A stretch of DNA of 64,000 nt, taken from assembly GCA_951406725.2 (NCBI GenBank), contig OX597836.1:5270001-5334000 (forward strand). Direction: 5' to 3'. Shown piece by piece: positions 25,736 to 39,339 of the stretch. The DNA comes from Octopus vulgaris (lineage: Eukaryota). The stretch's first letter is position 1; each line of letters begins with the position of its first letter. A program made the translations under genes and the position numbers. The notes beneath the pieces were generated by a model. The model had not been told where the DNA came from. It saw nothing but the letters and a program-made list of their open reading frames with translations, and did not search any database.

Positions 25736-26161
25736 CGTTTGTGGAAGTTCGTTTCTCATGGATCCTCAAATAAGCCCAGCAAGATTCCTGATGTGAAATC
25801 GTATGTTGAAGCAAATATTGTTATATTTCGTGATTGACATTATTTTTTTTTTTCGCCAAATAAACATTCACACTATATATTTTTTTCTTCACTCTTCAAT
25901 TACTGTTCCAATTTTATTATTTTAACTTATGTCCATCGCCAGGAACTGATTCCTTACACATCTTTGACCTCATCAGTGACCCTTTTCGTTTACGTGCGTA
26001 TTCTTCCTCCACTTACTGCAGTCTGTTCTTCTAAGATGTTCGTCACACATCTGTGGCCACTTCAGTGACACTTTTCCTTTTCGCGTGTTGTCTTGCTCCA
26101 CTTATTCCATTCTGTTCTTTGTAAGATGTGTACTCCACAAAGTATTATATATATATATATG

Positions 26162-26232
<71 letters not shown>

Positions 26233-26340
26233 ATATATATGTGTGTGTGTATATATATATATGTATATATATATATGTGTATATATATATATATATACAT
26301 TATATATGTATGTGTATATATAATTATATATATATATATG

Positions 26341-26376
<36 letters not shown>

Positions 26377-26400
26377 CATATATACATGCATACATAAATA

Positions 26401-26453
<53 letters not shown>

Positions 26454-27010
26454 GTAGATAGATAGAGAGACAGACAGACAGACAGACAAACAGACAGGCT
26501 GATTGAGAGACAGTGCTAGAAAAGAGATGTAATAATGTAATAACCCGAAGGAAAAGAAGTTGTCAATATTAGTTTTAACAGAAATTCACTGAAAGCTGAA
26601 CTTGCATGAAACTTGAACAGCGTTCCTCGTTTTTCAGTTTCTTATTCTTGTCTATATATAAAATTATAAATAATCATTGAATACGCAAGAGCTTATGTCA
26701 TATTACAAATATGCCAATTACAGTTCTCATAACTGCTGTCATATATTTAAATTACCAGCGAGACCTTTGTAATCTTGTAGCCTTTGAACTTTCCGCTCTA
26801 TATCATTATATCAATTTAGTGTTTGCCGTGTTGCTAATTGCTGTGTTTATCATAAAAATTATGTCATGTTTAACACCGTCTACGCAATTGTCTTTCTCTG
26901 CATACAAAAGCTCCATATTATTTTGTACTGTAGTTTTCAAAAGTAGGTGGAAGGTCAAGATTACCACGCAACACCTTTCTTGATGCGGTTTGAAATTGTA
27001 TATTTTATTA

Positions 27011-27227
27011 CGAGGGGTGCTGAAAACGTCCTGACTTTAATGGTGTCACGAAAATCCTGGTCGGAGGCCCAAACTTACGAGTTCCTTTACAGGGCTCAGA
27101 AAAATATGAATGATCACTGCAATAAGTGTGTGAATCTTTGAGATGAATATGTTGAATAACATCATAATTAACTGATCATCTTGTACTTTCTTTCACCCAA
27201 AGCCAGGAACTTTTCAGCAAACCCTCG
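27011..27227 (+). mobile_element. Mariner-derived MITE with TA target-site duplication
   Basis: TIRs cgaggggtgctgaaaacgtcctgacttt and aaagccaggaacttttcagcaaaccctcg, TA on both sides; internal NKCVNL*DEYVE* resembles the mariner transposase C-terminus (KCVxxxGDYVE). Confidence 0.88.
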
Positions 27228-27490
27228 TATGTCTTTCTAATCGCGTCCAATGCCAATAAGAAAGTTTTTGCCTGGTCTAATGAAAGATATTCGTTACAAC
27301 TCTATCAGTTTCTGAAATATTATAATATATATCACATCAAAGTAATCTATGTCCAACGACGCTTTTCCTATGGTCAACGATGCATTTTATGCTTGCGAGC
27401 GTCAGTACAATGACGTATCAGTCTTGTGCAAGAAACGTCTACCTCAAACCAACCGTGCGAAGACAGGATGTGGAATGCACTTTTGCCACA

Positions 27491-27661
27491 GGACAAGATG
27501 CCGAGACCAAGAACCCGAACGAACACGATGCTGAATGGACATAAAGCCGAACGGGCATAAAGGCGAACGGACATGAAATGGAACGGACACAATGCCGAAC
27601 GAACACAGTGCCGAACGGACATAAAGCAGAACAGACATAATAAAGAGACACAATGTCGAAC
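27491..27661. repeat. Degenerate 16-bp minisatellite (gaacggacataaagcc), about 9-10 units
   Basis: Successive units gaacgaacacgatgct, gaatggacataaagcc, gaacgggcataaaggc, gaacggacatgaaatg, gaacggacacaatgcc and so on. Confidence 0.85.
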
Positions 27662-27699
27662 TGATAGGGGAAAAAGCGCGTAATAGGAGAAAAGGACAA

Positions 27700-27880
27700 G
27701 AATGAAATACAAAGAGAGCACGTCAGAGAGATCGAAGGGAAAATTCTGCATGGCAAATTTTGGAGAGCCACTGAAGATGTATATGGAACAATATCCTGGG
27801 CTTGGTTAAGAAAGGAATAATTAAAAATGAAACACAGAGCATAAATGTAGCTGCCCAAGATCAAGTGAAAGCAAGACGGC

Positions 27881-27924
<44 letters not shown>

Positions 27925-28527
27925 AGAGAATGTGTCAGAAAAATGTAGAGCCTGTGGAATTTGGAACGAGACAAAATGACCCCAATTTGGTACAGGAAGA
28001 ATGTGAGAAATGGAGGCAAGACCAGGTTGAAAAGTTGTACAGTGGAAACTGTGCCAGAAATGGAAATTTAAAGCTGAAAACTCATGATACAATCATCGAA
28101 TCGAAAGAGTGCTAGTATCCGAGAAATGCAAGATTTTGTGGGGCTTTCCTCTTCAAATGGACAAGAAATTTGAAAATAAATAAATCAGGCATGACGAGTA
28201 TAAAGAAAGAAAAGTTAAGCTGCTTACTTATCTACTAATCATGCCCGTTTGCTTCCAGGATCCTAGAGAAAGAGAAAAAGCAAAAAAAAAAAAAAAACCT
28301 AAAACCGTTTAAAATTTGATATAAGAATAATTTGGAACATGCTAAAAGTAAAGGTCGTGCCGATAATAATGGATGTATTGGTAACAGTGAGCCAAGATAG
28401 AGACAAATGGTTGAATGAAATTGAAAAGAACTGCTATGGAACGTTTGTCTCTTAGGGTGAGCAGAGGTTTATCAGGAATGTTCTAAGCGCTTGAAAGACA
28501 GCTAGAAATCTTGCGGATACCTAAAGT
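27700..28527 (+). mobile_element. R4/Dong-like non-LTR retrotransposon 3' fragment (restriction-like endonuclease region), decayed
   Basis: LHGKFW...SWAWLRKG...ETQSINVAAQDQ, KILWGFPLQMDKKFENK and KVVPIIMDVLVTVSQDRDKWL resemble R4-clade motifs; the 3' end runs directly into (TAA)n. Confidence 0.82.
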
Positions 28528-28621
28528 AATAATAATAATAATAATAATAACAATAACAATAATAATAATAATAACAACAATAATAATAACAACAATAATA
28601 ATAATAATAATAATAAAAATG

Positions 28622-28663
<42 letters not shown>

Positions 28664-28680
28664 TTAATAATGATAAATGA
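28528..28680. repeat. (TAA)n microsatellite
   Basis: Direct inspection. Confidence 0.95.
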
Positions 28681-28701
28681 ATGAATAAATAAATGTACGT
28701 C

Positions 28702-28733
<32 letters not shown>

Positions 28734-28744
28734 TCTGTGTGTAA

Positions 28745-28776
<32 letters not shown>

Positions 28777-28836
28777 GCGTACATAAATATTTGTATATAT
28801 ATATATATATATATAAATGTATACATATATACATAT

Positions 28837-28903
<67 letters not shown>

Positions 28904-29819
28904 TGTGTGTGCGTGTGTGTGTGTATGTATATGTGTGTGTGTCTACATTCTCATAATGCTGGCCATACGATTTGCTGTTTCAGGAATCTTTTGTGCAGCT
29001 TATTAAATTTATTCGAGAATCCTCGTAAATTATGCTTTGCTATTAACGTAAAACTTCATGAGAAATATCCAAGAAGACAAAAAAAAAAATGAATTTATGA
29101 AAGTGACCTCTACAAGATTGTCATGTTTTCGGCAATGAGGACAGTGATAAATCAATGCAAGGAATCTCTCCGATGTCAATTGAATTGGTTCTACCTTTAA
29201 CTCTAACAATTCGTAGCCTTCTTTCCTGAAAATTAATATCAATTGGTTTCTGGTGGTAAAAATATAACTTATTAACGTTTGCAAATTTCGGGTAGAAATT
29301 CCTGTACACATGGGAAAAAAAGAATTATGATATTTACAGAGAAATTTTTCCTGTAAGAAATAACACTCATTTATGTTTTAATATACGTTCTTGCATAAAT
29401 ATAACGGATTCCATATATGCTTCCAAATGTTCTTTCTCGTATAATGGGTTTTGCTTTAATTTATTGTAAGAGTGATAACGTTGACTTCTATAAAGATATT
29501 CAAATGTTCTCCCATGAGAATGTCGTTTCTGTAATATGTGTGTTATTGGTGGTGATATAGACCGCTATAAATTCTTTCAAATATGCAGCTCTCCCATGAA
29601 GGTCTTTGCTTAAAAATCTCTCCTTTGATCTTCCTGAAAAGACGGAGAAGCAAGCCATGGTTTCTGCCTTAAAAGCGTCGGGAAAAATTGTCTTCTCTCC
29701 TCTACGGCATATCAACTTATTCAAATTTTGCTCATTTTATGAAACATCAAATGCTATGCTTAATAACGACATATTCAGGGTTGGAAATTATATTTTTATT
29801 GCAATCACCAGCGGCAGTA

Positions 29820-29908
29820 TCATCATCGCCGTCGTTCTCGTAATCATCATCATCATCATCATCATCATAATCATCGTCATCATCATCATCTTCATCATCA
29901 TCATCATA

Positions 29909-29955
<47 letters not shown>

Positions 29956-30344
29956 AATTATCGTTATCATCATCATCATCATCATCATCATCGTCGTCGT
30001 CGTCGTCGTTGTCATCGTCGCCGTTGTCGTTGATGTCGTCGTCGTGGGACGCCTACATCATCATATCTCATCCACACAATAAGAATCAACAGCAACAGCA
30101 GTATTGGCGACATCATCATCATCGTCATCATCATCAACATCATCATCATCGTCATCATCATCAACATCATCATCATCATCATTATCATCGTCGTCGTCAA
30201 TGTCGTCGTCATCATCATCAACATCATCATCATCATCGTCGTCGTCGTCATCATCATCAACATCATCATCATCGTCATCATCATCAACATCATCATCATC
30301 ATCATCATCATCGTCGTCGTCATCGTCGTCGTCATCATCATCAA

Positions 30345-30387
<43 letters not shown>

Positions 30388-30581
30388 GTCATCATCATCA
30401 ACATCATCATCATCATCATCATCGTCGTCGTCATCGTCGTCGTCATCATCATCATCATCATCATCATCATCGTCGTCGTCATCATCATCAACATCATCAT
30501 CATCGTCATCATCATCAACATCATCATCATCATCATCATCGTCGTCGTCGTCATCATCATCAACATCATCACCATCATCAC

Positions 30582-30633
<52 letters not shown>

Positions 30634-30652
30634 GTCAACATCATCGTCATCA
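29820..30652. repeat. (CAT)n array with CGT/CAA variants and higher-order periodicity
   Basis: Direct inspection. Confidence 0.95.
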
Positions 30653-31166
30653 CCATTTGTTGTCGTTGTCATCATAACCATCTTATACAACATTACCATA
30701 GCACTCCCCCTCTGGCTCACTATCCTACCTCTCTTCCCCTTCATCTTCCGCCTCATCATCATCATCATCATCTATTTTTATTTATTATCATCATCATTAT
30801 CATGAGCAGACTTGCTAGCAGCAGCAGCAGCAGCAACTGCATAAGCCTCCGCTTACATACGTTGCAACTCACTGGATAGTCGGTGATGAATGTTCACAGA
30901 CAATCCAATGTTTTGCCATCCTGAGCTGTTGCGGTTCCGCTGCGAACGTTCAATATTCAATCAGTTTATACGACCCATCATCCTTTCCATCCATCTCAGC
31001 CGCTGCTCCTTAATGGTGTTCCAGGTGCCCCTTATCATCGTCAATTTCCCATCCCTTTACCTTTTCATGTCAGGAATGAGGAAATAATATAAATCGCACA
31101 CCACAATGATCCCTATATAACTAGACATACATACATGCAATAATACATACATAGATACATAGATAC

Positions 31167-31249
<83 letters not shown>

Positions 31250-31287
31250 TGTATGTATATATATGTATATATATGTATATATATATA

Positions 31288-31500
31288 AAGTTAATCCAAA
31301 CAAGAAAACACAGAAAAAAAAACACGGCAACGCGAGGATGTGGAACAATTAAAGTATTATTTGACGCTCAGCAAAGAAGGGAACGAGGGTTTAACGTTTC
31401 GAGCGGAGCTCTTCGTCGGAAACAAGGAGAAGGAAAGATCCCAAGAAGGGAAGACAGAGGAAAAAAATATTTTTGCTGGTGGTGCTCAAGAGATCACATA
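31288..31500 (-). mobile_element. Non-autonomous HHR-like element, subfamily A
   Basis: Reverse complement of 21830-22035; identical motif core at 31389-31423; TA-rich tracts on both sides. Confidence 0.8.
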
Positions 31501-31787
31501 TATATATATGTGTGTATGTGTGTGTGTGTGTGTATGTGTGCGTGTGTGTGTGTGTGTGTGTGTATAAATGTATATATACATAAATTTATAGATATAGATA
31601 TAGATATATACATACATGCATACGTATATACATATATATATATACACATATATGAAAATATGGTTTGTGCATAAATATATATGTATGTGCGTGTGTATGT
31701 GTCTGTTCACAACAAGCACTCTGCAAACGAAAATATGTACGTGTATATATATGTGTGTATGTGTGTGTGATTGTGAGAGAGAGAGAA

Positions 31788-31821
<34 letters not shown>

Positions 31822-32107
31822 TGAGTGTGTGTGCTTGTGTTTACGTGTTTATCGCATATATATATACATATACAAGGGCGAGTGTATGTCTGTATGTGTG
31901 TAAATATATATCCCAATGTTTACGATAGCAGAGGCAAATCTAATATGAAAACTACACGCTCGGATGTTGAACGAATTTAATTATAGTAATAAAAATATGA
32001 GCTTGCTTCCAGTTGCAGAGAAGGAATGGATCCGTATCCTGAATTCTAATGAAGAATGGTATAAACATATATTAAAAAGTTACAGGAAATCCTTCATTCC
32101 TTTAACA

Positions 32108-32170
<63 letters not shown>

Positions 32171-32175
32171 TATCT

Positions 32176-32176
32176 G

Positions 32177-32254
<78 letters not shown>

Positions 32255-32281
32255 AATCTATCTATCTATCTATCTATCCAG

Positions 32282-32330
<49 letters not shown>
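32176..32330. repeat. (TATC)n microsatellite
   Basis: Direct inspection. Confidence 0.95.
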
Positions 32331-32331
<1 letters not shown>

Positions 32332-33860
32332 CTCCCACACTGGCGTGGATTAGCAGATGTTTGAGTAGCTAATGAGTTTAATCATATTGTATGTGTGTGT
32401 AGGGAAACTGTGGGAAGTGAGGAGGTAGGATCTATCATCAGTTTGATATAAAACGGAAGGCTAGATGAAGGTGGATGTTGCGATCGAGTTGTATGTATTT
32501 GTGTGAGGAGTTTGCATGTAAAAGTCAACGAGGAAATAAACAGGAAAAGCGAAGGGAAGCGAGGAATTATAGAAGAAGTGAAGAAAAATAAATTACAATG
32601 CATCGCTTATATCTCACAGCAAATACAAATACAACGAGAGGAGAAATTTGAAACTAGCACGAAAATGCCTTTCATGAAAAACCTGTGGAGGTTACACGAC
32701 AGGTACGAAGTCCGGAGCGGAGAGATTTCCATGAACAAGTAACAGCGGTAAATTTATTCGAGGTTTTAGAGGTGAATCGTTTTAGGAGAAGGCAAAACGA
32801 AGACAAAACAATTTATTATTTTAGAAATTATACAACTCGTAGAAAGAATTAAGTTGTGGGGTGTGTGCGACTGAAAGGAGAGAAGTCAGCAAACGATGAT
32901 TGAAAAATTGGCGAAAGAATAATTATAACGCACGATTTCTGCAAAAGAATAATTTGTTCTGTGAAAAAAATAATAAAATTCTGAAACGCGTAGAAAGGTG
33001 CAAAGTGTAGAGGCGAAGGGAAAAATCGAAAACTGTTTGAGACGCAAGGTGTGAGTTTGGCGAGTGAAGTGAGAGAATAGTAATTTAAAAATTGGGCAAA
33101 AAATTTATTGCAATACAATACGCATAGAAAAAAATTTACAAACATCGCAAGAAAACGCTGATGAAAAGTCCGGTAATTTACACTTTTGGTGCAAAGTGTG
33201 TTGAGGAAGAAATGTCCATAGTATGGTGAAAAAGTAGGAATGGTAGATGTATGTGTAGGAATAGAAGTATTTTTAACGGAAGTGAGAAGAAACAACTCTA
33301 TTTTTTTTCATTATTTGAAAACCTCATGAAAAAAGAAAAGGTGCGACTTCAAAGGGAGAAATAAGTGAAGAATTATCGGAAAATAGAAGAAAGAATAATT
33401 ATAGCAGAGTATTGGTACAAAAGTGTGTTTCTTTTATTTATTTATTTTTTTTTTTTTCTGCGACAGAAGAAAGTTTGTGAGGCACGTGGAAGAATAGAAT
33501 CATATAAACGGAAGAGAGAAGGAAGGAAAAAGTTAAAATAATGAACGAGAGAAGCGAAGAAGAGTGAAGAGTGCAAGCGGAAGGAGAGAAAAGAGAGAAA
33601 AAATAATATAAAGTCTGGAGACAAATTAAATAATAAAGCACTTTGACGTAAACAAAATTTTGAAGTTAAATCAGAGGAAAAGAAAATGTAAAAACAGCAC
33701 AATAAGACATTAATGAAAAGTTCAGAGAGGAAGGAAGTTCCAAAAGTCTGAGCACGTTTGAGGAAAATTGTTTGTGACAGAAGAGAGAGAGAGAGAGAGA
33801 GAGAACGAAAAAAAATTGAATAAATCTACATATACGTATATACGTATGTATGTATGTATG

Positions 33861-33891
<31 letters not shown>

Positions 33892-34220
33892 GTATGTATG
33901 TATGTATATGTGTGCGTGTATGTCGTTATTCAGTTTAATTTGAAGATTTCTTGCCAATAAAGAAAGAACCGGTTTCGAAAACCTAGATTCAAGGTTCCTT
34001 TTTGAGCATCAACAAAAAGGTATTATTGTTTGTATGTCCTGCGTTTCCGGAAGAGGGATGGTGACCTTGACATGTGCGTGCGTGTATGTGTTGGTGTGTG
34101 GATGTAAGGGGGAGGTGAGATTGGAGAAAGCAAGGGTGGGGTGTGGGTTAGGCTGGGGTGGATTTAGAGGTGAGGTATGTAGGTAGGATGAGGGTATATA
34201 ATATATATATATATACACAG

Positions 34221-34265
34221 AAATTGTCAATAACCATTATAATTTATAATGGTTATTGACAATTT
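34221..34265. repeat. Perfect 45-bp palindrome (22-bp arms, 1-nt centre)
   Basis: aaattgtcaataaccattataa-t-ttataatggttattgacaattt. Confidence 0.95.
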
Positions 34266-34413
34266 TTGTCTTTTTTACGGCATATTTGGCATTAGAATTT
34301 TTCTTTTGCCCTTATTTTGTAAATTATTTATGAATTTAACCTATAAAGTTATTTTTTGATATGCTGGTCATTGATAAAAATTTTTTCCCGAAAAAAATTT
34401 TATCCTACATTAG

Positions 34414-34458
<45 letters not shown>

Positions 34459-35065
34459 CAAAGTGGCTTATTCGTAATTTACAAATGAAACATACAATTA
34501 GAAACGTCCCTAAGGTGAATGTGGGTATTAGTCTACATCGGCATTGCTAGAAATAAGAATCAGAACATCTCTTAGCCACGGGGAAGCACTACTTACCTAA
34601 TAACTGACAATGGGGGCCGCAAGCTCCCTGTACCAAGTGAGGTAGAGTTACTCACAACCCCGATCGTCCAAGGTGACACACGTCGAGACTGAACCTGGAA
34701 ACATTTCTAACCACACAGCCATTCGCACGCCTAAGAAACTTCTATGCTACGCCCATGCCACGCCTGCATCTACAAATATATATAATGTCTGTTTGTGTAT
34801 GTATCTATGCATTTTTATGTGGGCAGTGACTGTAATTTCAATGTGTATGTATGTCTGTCTGTAGGCATGTATGCGTTTTTGTGCGTGTGTATGTATGTAT
34901 TTTTGTGAGAATATCCTGTACGTATCTCTGTGAAAGAAACCATATATCTACCTTTATCTGCTAATATGCTTTGAAATGTATATGAAAACGAAATCATTAT
35001 TCCAGATAAATCTTCCAGGCTTTTATATGAATGTGACAAATCCTATTCTGAACAAACCAGTAGAG

Positions 35066-35113
<48 letters not shown>

Positions 35114-35267
35114 ACAGCATGCCGTTATTTTTGAAGATGTGTTTGGACGGCGATAAAATGGCCGGTAATGATGAGTAATTATTTATCATGGCGAACTATT
35201 TGAAATCACGCACCAAAGATTATACCAATGCAGTCCTACATATTCGTAAACACAAATGTGTTCGATG

Positions 35268-35454
35268 TCGTCAGCCACTAAGGGACATGCTCAACTGGTT
35301 AAGCTCAAACAATTGACAAGCAAATCTGTGGTATTGAGCAGAATATTTGCTGTAGGCCATCTTTTATACCAAGACAAATCAATGTACATGATAACACTTC
35401 CAATCAGTTAAGATCAGAAGCCACGAGAGCCACTGCCTGGTACTGTACCTGGGC

Positions 35455-35458
<4 letters not shown>
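35268..35458 (-). repeat. Unclassified interspersed repeat, same family as 1175-1250, abutting (ATT)n
   Basis: gacaagcaaatctgtggtattgagca shared in inverted orientation with 1175-1200. Confidence 0.65.
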
Positions 35459-35523
<65 letters not shown>

Positions 35524-36561
35524 TGTTATTGTTGTTTTTGGTGTTGTTGCTGTTATTATTGGTGACGGAAACACTTTTAATAGCAAAAAGTATTCTCTAT
35601 ACTGGCCGCCTTCTTAGGACATCGAATAAGCACACATAACTCCGACGCCAAAGACAAAAGATTCTCGTCTGCTGCGATCTGTGTGTTTGCTCTCATGCTT
35701 GACAACCGCTATTGGTACGTTTAATTCTCCGTCACTGAACCCTAAACGATATCGAACTGGTAAAATGAAACAAACAAAAACTAGTACTGCAGTTGATGTG
35801 TTAGACTAAACACCACATAGCGGCAGTCTACGATGGGCTGAGTCCGGTGACTGATACAAGGAAACGGTAAAAAAAATAAATAACAGGTAATACAATAACA
35901 GGTAATAAATAACAGGTAATACAATATCAAATTATGACAGATTACATGCAATGTTTCTACACGCAACCAAAATACATATCTAGATTTTAAAAAAACAAAC
36001 ATTGCTTTTAAAAACATTATTGAATAAATTTCAACTTTGAAACACCGGTCTGAATGTAATATGGCGCATTATCACTGATCTAGTACTTACATCGTTGTTG
36101 TGTTGTTGTTTTTCGGTGAGGTGATCAATATACAATATATGTTACCGGTGGATATCATAGAAAGTACAAATGCTTCAAGTACTGTACAACTATAACCATT
36201 CGGCTATTCATTCTTCCAATTACCATATATTGATTCTGTTTTGTTGTTGTTGTTGTTGTTGTTGTTGTTCTTGTCACTTTTTTTTTTGTTGTTGAATATA
36301 TTCAAACGATAGTAGAAAACAAGTGTAGATTGTGATACAGATTCTGCGATTGATGTATCTAGTTTTTGTGAAGGAAATCGATATATTTGCTGCTGAAAAA
36401 AAAATAACAAACAAAAAAACCAACAACCTAATGCAAATATTGACATACGTGAAGAAACAACAACAACAAAAATAGAAAACAAGAAACGTTTATATATTCA
36501 TATATATATATATATACGTGTCTGTATACATATATATACATATATGTGTGTGTGTGCGGGC

Positions 36562-36601
<40 letters not shown>

Positions 36602-37245
36602 GTATATATATATATATATATAAACGTATATATGTATGTATACATGTACATAATACATATTACACACACACGTATATATGATTGTATTTATATACATATA
36701 TATATATGTGTGTGTGTGTATGTGTATTTATATATGTATATACATACACACACACATATATAAGTATGTGCGCCTATATATGTGCTCGTCTGGGGGTGTG
36801 CGCGCAAGCGCTCGTTTACTTTGTTTAGTACTATTAATTTTTTTCGATCATTTGATCACGGAATTGGTTTTAATGCTAATAATGCTTCCTAGGGAGAGCG
36901 TAACACAAGCAAATCTATATCAGTACACAGACACAGACACACACACACACACACACGCACTTCACAAACGCAACAGACACACAGAGACTTAGTCACATTG
37001 ATCGGAACATATTCAAACATTCACAGATGATGACGCTATAAACATAACCAGCATCGGTTTGTCAACTTTTGTAGGTGCGTAAAAAGCTCCATAACTCACA
37101 TCAGCGCACCGACTTACTCATATCTGCATCTATAATACTGAAATAAATATACTCAAGTGTGTTAGAAAGTAAACGCAATCTATGCATACCTACATATACA
37201 TGTATATATGTAGGTATGTATGCATGCATATACATATACTCGCAT

Positions 37246-37289
<44 letters not shown>

Positions 37290-37297
37290 GAAGGTGT

Positions 37298-37637
37298 GAA
37301 GGCGCATGGCTCAGTGGTTAGAGCGTCGAGCTTACGATCGTGAGGTTGTGAGCTCGAATCCCGGACCGGGCTGCGTGTTGTGTTCTCGAGCAAGACACTT
37401 TATTTCACGTTGCTCCAGTTCACTCAACTGTAGAAATGAGTTGCGACGTCACTGGTGCCAAGCTGTATCGACCTTTGTCTTTCCCTTGGATAACACTGGT
37501 GGCGTGGAGAGGGGAGGCTGGTATGCATGGGCGACTGCTGGCCTTCCATAAACAACCTTGCCCGGACTTGTGTCTAGGAGGGTAACTTTCTAGGTGCAAT
37601 CCCATGGTCATTCATACCGAAGGGGGTCTTTACCCTT
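37298..37637 (+). mobile_element. Full-length tRNA-derived SINE family S3 (OR-like)
   Basis: A box tggctcagtggttagag and B box gctcgaatccc; second copy at 20907-21174; inserted in (TA)n. Confidence 0.92.
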
Positions 37638-37742
37638 TATATATATATATATAGGAAATAGTAGCAGAGCAAATGTATAGACGCAAAGATGACTGTTTAC
37701 CTATATGTATATATCTATGTATCTATCTGCCTATCTATTCAT

Positions 37743-37799
<57 letters not shown>

Positions 37800-37916
37800 A
37801 TATATATATACACATATATATATATATATACATATATATATACATAGATACATATATATGTATATACATATAGATAGATATAAATATATACACACACACA
37901 CACACAAATATATATA

Positions 37917-38073
37917 GGTGAAGTAGTGACTGTGTGGTAAGAAGCTTGCTTGCCAATCACATGGTTACGGGTTCAGTACTACTGCGTGGCACCTTCCGCA
38001 GATGTTTTTTACTATAGCCTCGGGCCGACCAAAGCCTCTTGTTTGGATTTGGAAGACAGAAATTGAAAGAAGC
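37917..38073 (+). mobile_element. SINE family S1, 5' half
   Basis: Matches 38242-38400. Confidence 0.85.
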
Positions 38074-38074
38074 T

Positions 38075-38206
38075 CAGGAATAGAAAAAGTCTTCTACGTT
38101 TCGAGCCTACGCTCTTCTACAGAAAGGGACACAGAAAAGAACAAGTAGAGAAAAAAAGGAGAGAAAAAAATGTGTGTAGTGGCTAGCGATCTATCATGGC
38201 AACTCA

Positions 38207-38208
<2 letters not shown>
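38075..38208 (-). mobile_element. Non-autonomous HHR-like element, subfamily B (partial)
   Basis: Reverse complement of 51920-52030; motif CUUU-CUGUAGA-A-GAGC(guag)GCUC-GAAA-CG-UA-GAAG at 38091-38127. Confidence 0.78.
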
Positions 38209-38241
<33 letters not shown>

Positions 38242-38243
<2 letters not shown>

Positions 38244-38405
38244 CGCAGGAGTGGCTGTGTGGTAAGTAGCTTCCTTACCAACCACATGGTTCCGGGTTCA
38301 GTCCCACTGCGTGGCATCTTGGGCAAGTGTCTTCTGCTATAGCCCCGGGCCGACCAAAGCCTTGTGAGTGGATTTGGTAGACGGAAACTGAAAAGAAGCC
38401 TGTCG

Positions 38406-38436
<31 letters not shown>

Positions 38437-38659
38437 ATGTGTTTGTGTGTCTGTGTTTGTCCCCCTAGCATTGCATGACAACCGATGCTGGTGTGTTTAT
38501 GTCCCCGTTACTTAGCGGTTCAGCAAAAGAGACCGATAGAATAAGTACTGGGCTTACAAAGAATAAGTCCCGGGGTCGGGTTGCTCGATTAAAGGCGGTG
38601 CTCCAGCATGGCCGCATTCAAATGACTGAAACAAGTAAAAGAGTAAAAGAGAGTAAAGA

Positions 38660-38660
<1 letters not shown>
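38242..38660 (+). mobile_element. Full-length tRNA-derived SINE family S1 with internal (TA)n/(TG)n
   Basis: A box tggctgtgtggtaag, B-box-like gggttcagtccc, tail gtaaaagagtaaaaga; many other copies in the window. Confidence 0.93.
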
Positions 38661-38711
<51 letters not shown>

Positions 38712-39339
38712 ATATGTATGTATGTTTGTTTATATATATATATATATATATGTATATGTATGTATGTATGTATATAAATATATATACTCAGATTTAAAAA
38801 TGCTAAAAGTGGTGATAAGAATTATCCGTGCCTTGTATTTGTACATTTTAAAGTGATCCGGTCTTCTGACTTCGTGTAAAATGTTTTGGGTCTGCTTAAT
38901 GTATTTTCAGATAAAAAAAAAAAACCTAAACAGCCTAATGCTTACTTACAAGCTTTCTTATTTCATCGATCCACTTTTAAACCTATATTGGCTACATTTA
39001 TTCGCTTATTGTTACTTCTGTCTCCGTGAAAGTGTGATTTCTCTAGAGTTTTCTTTCGATATCAATATTTCCTATTTAGATGACGCTTAACCAATCGCAA
39101 AAATTATTTCTAGAATATTAGTTCTTTTTTTTCATATACATGTGATTCTATGTTCGTAGGTGTTTGGGTGTAAGTATGTGCGTGTAATTATATCTCCGTG
39201 TAATGTGTATGGGTGACATGTTGAGATGCGTTGCAGTCAGTTTATACCGACAGTCAGTTTACACATTTGTCATTGTGTAATGAAAATTTCGTAAAATAAC
39301 TCCTTGATGGATCATTTTATATATATATACATATATATA

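Noticed and set aside
25945-25985. Minus-strand CUGAUGA-GGUC hammerhead candidate
   Set aside because: No downstream GAAA box.
27491-27661. CRISPR array
   Set aside because: Contiguous 16-bp units without spacers, no cas genes, eukaryotic context.
31964-32105. SYRKSFIPL resembling a Rex1/Babar LINE C-terminus
   Set aside because: Match is too short to support a call.
32560-33780. Long purine-rich stretch with minus-strand Phe/Leu-rich ORFs (also 23860-24900)
   Set aside because: Compositional bias explains the ORFs; no recognisable protein.
35879-35925. Three copies of aataacaggtaat
   Set aside because: Short local tandem duplication at a decayed SINE-like tail; no evidence of function.
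37298-37375. tRNA gene (also 1433-1505, 41352-41415, 43044-43114)
   Set aside because: A and B boxes are present, but no proper cloverleaf was found and each continues into a SINE body or microsatellite.
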